DNA from: Kiritimatiellia bacterium
Lineage (GTDB): Bacteria; Verrucomicrobiota; Kiritimatiellia; JAAZAB01
Direction of reading: 5' to 3'
NCBI GenBank assembly: GCA_040767085.1
Contig: JAXGPF010000019.1
Span: forward strand, 1 to 49,604
DNA length: 49,604 bases
Shown: positions 44,691-49,604 of the stretch, piece by piece
How positions within the stretch are numbered: position 1 is the first letter of the stretch
Layout: the number at the start of each line of letters is the position of its first letter
Notes under the pieces: generated by a model
What the model was told of the DNA's origin: nothing
Seen by the model: the letters and a program-made list of their open reading frames with translations, nothing else
Databases searched by the model: none
Translations under genes and position numbers: made by a program

Positions 44691-46838
44691 TCAATCCGGC
44701 AGCCATTTCAAATAACGCACGATCATCTCGCCGGTCCAGGCGTCGCGCCAGACGACCGCCACCGCGCGCTGCCGCGAAGGGTTCCTGGGGATATTGCCCC
44801 CGGACGCCACCTGCGCTTCAATCAGGATGGTATAAACCTGGCCGCGCGTGCTCAACAACCCGGAGGTATTGCGGATAAAAGCCTCGCGCTGGAGTTCGTT
44901 GGTGGCGATGCCAATGAAAGCCGCATTACCCCAGTCCAGCCGGCATACATCGGACAGATTGGTGTAAGGGCCGTGTTCAATGATGAAATCGGCGACTTCT
45001 CCGGCTTGGTTCCAATCCAGCCTGTCTGCCGCATTCTGCCAGGGATGCTCATCCACCGGCATCGTTGCAAACACCGCCGCCAGGACTTCCCGGTTGGTGG
45101 TGTTCGGATTGACGCGACCCCGCCAGACGACATTAGTGACAAATTCATCACAATTGGTTTCAATGGCAAAATAATCCATCACCGGATGGGCACCCGGGCC
45201 GTAAAGTTTAATGGTGCTCCAGTTGGAATAGACCAGGCACCCCAGTTCGCCGACGGAATGCAACTGATTGGAGCATGCGACATACATTTCGGGTGATTTG
45301 TCGCAGCCTTGGTTAATAGGATCAGCCCAGAAAGTGGTTGTGGCAAGATTAATTTTCCCGGTGCTGGGTTGATTTCCCTGTACTTGCCACTGGGTCAGGT
45401 CGTTGGGATCCCAATTAAAACGCGGATCTACGCATTCCATAACGAACAACTCTGCGGCTTGAGCGCCCTCTGTAGCAGGCAGATCAATTGTCACCCTTAA
45501 ATCCCGATACGGGAAAACCAGATCCATCAGATTGATTGCAGCCCGCCTAACTTCAACACTGAGATTGCTGACGCCAACGTCAATCGGACCGGATCCAGAT
45601 TGGAAGGTTGCGGTTCCAAAGTCGCATTTTCTGACGAGAAATTGCCCCGGATATACCGGATCACATGGAAAATTCGCCGGCGAGACCTGAGCGATCCCGC
45701 CATAAGACTGTCCCGATAAATGTATGGTAGGCACATGGGGAGCGGATGCAACAAATGGATTCCACAATTCCACCCACAGAGCGGTGTCAATCTTATACCG
45801 ATGCACGCCCACCGCGGTATCATCCAGTTTTTCACAGGTTACGGTGTTTTCAAAAACCAACTCATTCACCATGGGCACCGGAGCGACAAACGCATTACTG
45901 AATTCGCCTCCGCCCACCCCGTAATCTTGCGGCCCATTTTCGGCATCTTTATCAAGATAATGCAATAAATTAGTGAACAACAAGCCAGCCTGGTTCGGAT
46001 CAAAATCGGCATTAGTCAAAGTGCCGACAATCAGTTCCCTGCGCGCCAGAATATCCGCCAGTTCGCCCCCCAAATTAACCTGGGTGCCCACCAGCGTTGT
46101 CGCATCATTGGTGTAGTAGCCCGCCGGCGCGCGTGAGTAAACGGATAAATTCGTGGATGCGTAGTCATTTAATTCGTTCAATTCCTCCAAGGTCTCGAAT
46201 CGCACCAAGTCAGCCCGATCGTTTAAAAAAGTCACGCCGGCGGCCCCGAACATTTCCGGCAGGTTGGTCAGTGCAATTTCCACCGGATTGGCGCCGATCC
46301 CACGGTCAGCGCCGCCCACGAAATTGGCGTCCAGCAATCCGGAGCAATTCAAAATCATGAAGGCCACCCGCCCGATGAGGTTGGTGGTCCCGTGGTCGCT
46401 GTCATTCGGATCTTTTACCTCGGAGATGATGCTGATCCAGTAATTGCTGTTGGCAGAAGCATTGGTGTCGCTAACGGCCACCGCGGCATCCCAGAGCGAG
46501 CGCGGCACGAAATTGCTGGCCGAACCTTTCAAGAAATCAACCGGCGGAGTGTTCGTGGGATTGACCGCATAGGAATTGGTCACCGCCCACTCCTGGTAAA
46601 CCAGGTTTGAGTCCGGCAAGTCGCGCCCGCATTCACGGTAAAGCTGGTCCATGGCGCGGACCAGGCCGACCCGGGCCAATTGCCGGGCCCGGACGGTATC
46701 CAACTGGTTGCCGGCCGCCACGCGTTCGGTGCGCATGGAAATGGCGAACGACACCGCCATCAGCACCATCAGCGACAGCACGCCCAGCACCATCACCAGG
46801 GCTATCCCGGAACGTTGATTGTTGGGTTGATTTTGCAT
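44691..46838 (-). CDS. Large PilX-like minor pilin / pilin-cassette protein
   Basis: RSGIALVMVLGVLSLMVLMAVSFAISMRTER prepilin-like N-terminus, GRVAF, GRVNPNT, R..AVVWRD C-terminus. Confidence 0.8.
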   Translation of the reverse strand: MQNQPNNQRSGIALVMVLGVLSLMVLMAVSFAISMRTERVAAGNQLDTVRARQLARVGLVRAMDQLYRECGRDLPDSNLVYQEWAVTNSYAVNPTNTPPVDFLKGSASNFVPRSLWDAAVAVSDTNASANSNYWISIISEVKDPNDSDHGTTNLIGRVAFMILNCSGLLDANFVGGADRGIGANPVEIALTNLPEMFGAAGVTFLNDRADLVRFETLEELNELNDYASTNLSVYSRAPAGYYTNDATTLVGTQVNLGGELADILARRELIVGTLTNADFDPNQAGLLFTNLLHYLDKDAENGPQDYGVGGGEFSNAFVAPVPMVNELVFENTVTCEKLDDTAVGVHRYKIDTALWVELWNPFVASAPHVPTIHLSGQSYGGIAQVSPANFPCDPVYPGQFLVRKCDFGTATFQSGSGPIDVGVSNLSVEVRRAAINLMDLVFPYRDLRVTIDLPATEGAQAAELFVMECVDPRFNWDPNDLTQWQVQGNQPSTGKINLATTTFWADPINQGCDKSPEMYVACSNQLHSVGELGCLVYSNWSTIKLYGPGAHPVMDYFAIETNCDEFVTNVVWRGRVNPNTTNREVLAAVFATMPVDEHPWQNAADRLDWNQAGEVADFIIEHGPYTNLSDVCRLDWGNAAFIGIATNELQREAFIRNTSGLLSTRGQVYTILIEAQVASGGNIPRNPSRQRAVAVVWRDAWTGEMIVRYLKWLPD

Positions 46839-46844
46839 GACAGA

Positions 46845-47041
46845 CCGGAAATACTCACACAGAAATACTCACACAAAGACACTAAGGCACAAAGATTTAT
46901 TTAATTTGACCATTGCAGATCCGGAAATACTCACACAAAGACACTAAGGCACAAAGATTTATTCAATTTTATTACAATTCCAGATCCGGAAATACTCACA
47001 CAAAGACACTAAGGCACAAAGATTTATTCAATTTGACCATT
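46845..47041. repeat. Three tandem copies plus one partial copy of a repeat that includes the GxxExxY gene 3' end
   Basis: gaaatactcacacaaagacactaaggcacaaagatttatt in units beginning 46862, 46916 and 46981; partial at 46845. Confidence 0.9.
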
Positions 47042-47407
47042 TAAAATGCGTGTTATTCCGTCCTTCATCAATGCCTCGCCAAAATTGAGTAAATAACCCA
47101 ATTTAAAACCTGTCAGGCGTAAATAAGTCAACACTTGCTTCTTATGCGCGGCAGTTGCTGACTCAACTGATTTCAATTCCAATATCACCTTGTTGCCCGC
47201 GACAATGTCGGCACGGAATCCTTCTTCGAAAATAATGCCATTATATCGTATTGGAATTGCCAGTTGTCGTTGAACAGGAATCCCTTTTGAATCCAAGTCA
47301 TGCGCAAGTAATACCTCATAAACCGTTTCAAGCAAACCAGGTCCAAGCGCCTTGTGAAGGCGAACGGCACAATCAACAACTATTTTCCCGATTTCATTTT
47401 CATTCAT
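47024..47407 (-). CDS. GxxExxY protein (PD-(D/E)XK nuclease superfamily)
   Basis: LGPGLLETVYE, FRADIV..KVILELKSV, HKKQVLTYLRL, GYLLNFG. Confidence 0.95.
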   Translation of the reverse strand: MNENEIGKIVVDCAVRLHKALGPGLLETVYEVLLAHDLDSKGIPVQRQLAIPIRYNGIIFEEGFRADIVAGNKVILELKSVESATAAHKKQVLTYLRLTGFKLGYLLNFGEALMKDGITRILNGQIE

Positions 47408-47409
47408 CC

Positions 47410-47444
47410 CTTTGTGCCTTCGTGTCTTCGTGTGAGGATTTTCC
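47410..47444. repeat. Inverted copy of the GxxExxY-flanking repeat, abutting the start codon
   Basis: Reverse complement ggaaaatcctcacacgaagacacgaaggcacaaag versus ggaaatactcacacaaagacactaaggcacaaag on the other side of the gene. Confidence 0.85.
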
Positions 47445-47451
47445 CGTCCGC

Positions 47452-48174
47452 TTACCGAGCGGCATAGCCCTGGCGGTTCTGGAAATAAACCCGCGTGGAA
47501 TAACTCTGCGCATTTTGCTCGCGGAATTCATTGTCCTTCCCCCGACTTTGCCACCTGGCCATATCGCTTTCGCTCAAAATTTCCAGGTATATATCCAGGC
47601 AGACGGGAAGCGCGTTGGTGAATCTGACATTTTCACTCCAGCCCTGGTTAACCTCAAAATCCGTCCGATTGGAGTACACACACATCCAGAAATCCACCAC
47701 ATTCCGGATGAGGGTGTGTGCCCCCTGGTGACTAGGCTCTACGGTGTAGGACGCATCCCACTGGACTTGGCGGGCATACCGCATAACATTACTGGAACTG
47801 TCGAAATAAAAGGCGCTCCGCCGCAGCGCACCGCGATCGGCATCGCGGCTGGCCTCGCCGGTTAAAGTCACAAAGCTGACATCAGTGCCGTTATTTGCCA
47901 CCTCAAAACTCAGGCAGGGCAATGGATTCACGGCGCCCGGCGCCGCCTCGATCGGGCCGGCGACAGCCTGGCCAAGCTCCTGGGCCATGAAATTCAAGGC
48001 GGCGCGGGCGGCGGTATTGGCGTCGGCGCTCTGAGTGCCGATGTTCCAGGAACTGGATACCTGCTGGAAAATATTGCCAATCATCATCACCAGGATCGCC
48101 AGCACCGACATGGCCACCATGATTTCAACCAGAGTGAACCCGGCGCGGAACAAATTACCTTTGGCGCGATTCAT
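47452..48174 (-). CDS. Prepilin-type N-methylation protein (PulJ/PilW-like minor pilin)
   Basis: AG|FTLVEIMVAMSVLAIL cleavage motif; ARAALNFMAQEL helix. Confidence 0.88.
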   Translation of the reverse strand: MNRAKGNLFRAGFTLVEIMVAMSVLAILVMMIGNIFQQVSSSWNIGTQSADANTAARAALNFMAQELGQAVAGPIEAAPGAVNPLPCLSFEVANNGTDVSFVTLTGEASRDADRGALRRSAFYFDSSSNVMRYARQVQWDASYTVEPSHQGAHTLIRNVVDFWMCVYSNRTDFEVNQGWSENVRFTNALPVCLDIYLEILSESDMARWQSRGKDNEFREQNAQSYSTRVYFQNRQGYAAR

Positions 48175-48405
48175 CGGCGTAAATATCCAAGAAACTCGTC
48201 CATCGTTAAACCAATTACCTCATGGGGTTTAAGAACAGGAACTTTGCCCATGATTATGTTACCGCCGTATATTGCCGCATGGCTACAACTCCATTTCAAT
48301 CACAAACAAAAACAACCGAATAAGGGCAACATCTATAAGGGTTATCATACGATTTTACGCAGCAACTGCAAGTTTTTTCTGGCTGCTGACGGCCCCAGGC
48401 ATCAT

Positions 48406-49521
48406 TCAGCATGTTCCGCCGATCCAACCGCCGCCCAGCACCTCATCATCCCGGTAAAAAACCGCCGCCTGGCCGGGCGTTATGGCGAATTGCGGTTCAT
48501 CAAACCTGACCCGCGCCCGCCCATCGTCCCGCAACTCCAGCACCGCCGGGGCGCCGGCATGACGATAACGCAGTTGCACATGACATGAGGCACCCTGCCC
48601 GCCTGACACCGGGGGGGCGCCGGCCATCCAGTGCACATTCTCAACCAGGCAGGTATCGCGCATGACCGACTCGCGGTCGGCCAGGACCACCGTGTTGGTC
48701 TCCGGGCGCAGTTCCTTGACGAACATGCGCCGCCCGGCGGCAATGCCCAGCCCTTCGCGCTGGCCGATGGTATAATACACCAGGCCGCGATGCTCGCCCA
48801 GCACCCGCCCGGATTCATCCACCACCGGACCGGGCCGCAGGTCGGCCGGCTGGAACAGGCGGCCATAATCCGCCCCGCCCATAAAATCCTGGCTTTCAGG
48901 CGCTTCCGCCAATGACTCCAAGCCGTACCGGCGTGCCAGGTTTTTGACTTCCTGCTTGGTCAATTCGCCCAGCGGCAACACCAGTTGCGCCAATTGCCGT
49001 TGCGCAAGGTAAAACAGGAAGTAAGATTGATCTTTCAGCCGGTCGGCCCCGCGCCGCAAATGGAACAAGCCCGTGGCCGGATCGCGTCCCACCCGCGCGT
49101 AATGTCCCGTGGCGAAGGCGTCAAAGGCCACGCCGGCGGCGCGCAATCGCTCCGGCAGCAGTTTGAACTTGATGTCGCGGTTGCATACCACGCAGGGATT
49201 TGGGGTGCGGCCGGCGCGATATTCGCGGGTAAAATACTCCAAAACCAACTGCCGGTATTCCGCGGCCAGCGGCACGATATGATGTTCCAGGCCCAGTTTG
49301 CGCGCCAGGGCGGCGACGCGCGCCGTGACCTGCGGCTCGTTCGGACTATAACAGCCGGCATAACTCACCGCAGGTTCGCCCTCCATTGCAGAATGGCTGA
49401 GCGCGGCGCCGCCATCCCAAATCCGCATAGTGACGCCGATGACAGTGTGGCCCTGCTCGCGCAGCAGGCACGCCGCCACGGTGGAATCCACGCCGCCGCT
49501 CATTCCCAATGCTATCCGCAT
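48406..49521 (-). CDS. mnmA: tRNA-specific 2-thiouridylase MnmA
   Basis: MSGGVDS, TPNPCVVCNRDIKF, ATGHYAR, KDQSYFL, ESQD, YTIGQR, ITPGQAAVFY. Confidence 0.96.
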   Translation of the reverse strand: MRIALGMSGGVDSTVAACLLREQGHTVIGVTMRIWDGGAALSHSAMEGEPAVSYAGCYSPNEPQVTARVAALARKLGLEHHIVPLAAEYRQLVLEYFTREYRAGRTPNPCVVCNRDIKFKLLPERLRAAGVAFDAFATGHYARVGRDPATGLFHLRRGADRLKDQSYFLFYLAQRQLAQLVLPLGELTKQEVKNLARRYGLESLAEAPESQDFMGGADYGRLFQPADLRPGPVVDESGRVLGEHRGLVYYTIGQREGLGIAAGRRMFVKELRPETNTVVLADRESVMRDTCLVENVHWMAGAPPVSGGQGASCHVQLRYRHAGAPAVLELRDDGRARVRFDEPQFAITPGQAAVFYRDDEVLGGGWIGGTC

Positions 49522-49604
49522 GGCATCCTCCCTCCCCAATCCCGCCAGTTCAACCCAAGGCAGGCGCAAGCCCGCATCTCAATTCCAGTTTTATTTTACC
49601 ACCC

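Noticed and set aside
46845-47041. Mini-CRISPR with a Cas4-like nuclease
   Set aside because: The intervening sequences are variants of the adjacent gene's 3' end rather than unique spacers, and there is no cas1/cas2.

Overview
GC-rich bacterial chromosome segment. The gene content points to the PVC superphylum, most like Kiritimatiellia/Lentisphaeria (inference from the Amuc_1098-1102-like pilus cluster, large pilin-cassette proteins and a C-terminal 'PPPRGTVVILR' tail). It holds housekeeping and metabolic genes (PreA-like flavoprotein, GNAT, dtd, sugar oxidoreductases, ROK kinase, class III aminotransferase, amidohydrolases, MFS, 5'-3' exonuclease, mnmA) and a type IV pilus/secretin cluster. 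A decayed genomic island follows tRNA-Asn, with IS3, attC-like sites lacking an integrase, an AbiE toxin-antitoxin pair, a truncated primase-helicase, an IS1202-type element and IS1380. The most unusual feature is at 10.4-11.55 kb. A strong promoter precedes eight tandem 71-bp truncated tRNA-Asn copies whose anticodon arm is replaced by a 16-bp palindrome. These are followed by an intact tRNA-Asn, a small GIY-YIG nuclease gene, and a ninth hairpin-bearing tRNA copy that supplies the nuclease stop codon. A similar small-nuclease-plus-repeats arrangement surrounds a GxxExxY gene at 46.8-47.4 kb. An IS1380-ended MITE and GTAG-type REP clusters are also present. All calls were made by eye from the sequence and ORF track; no database searches were run.
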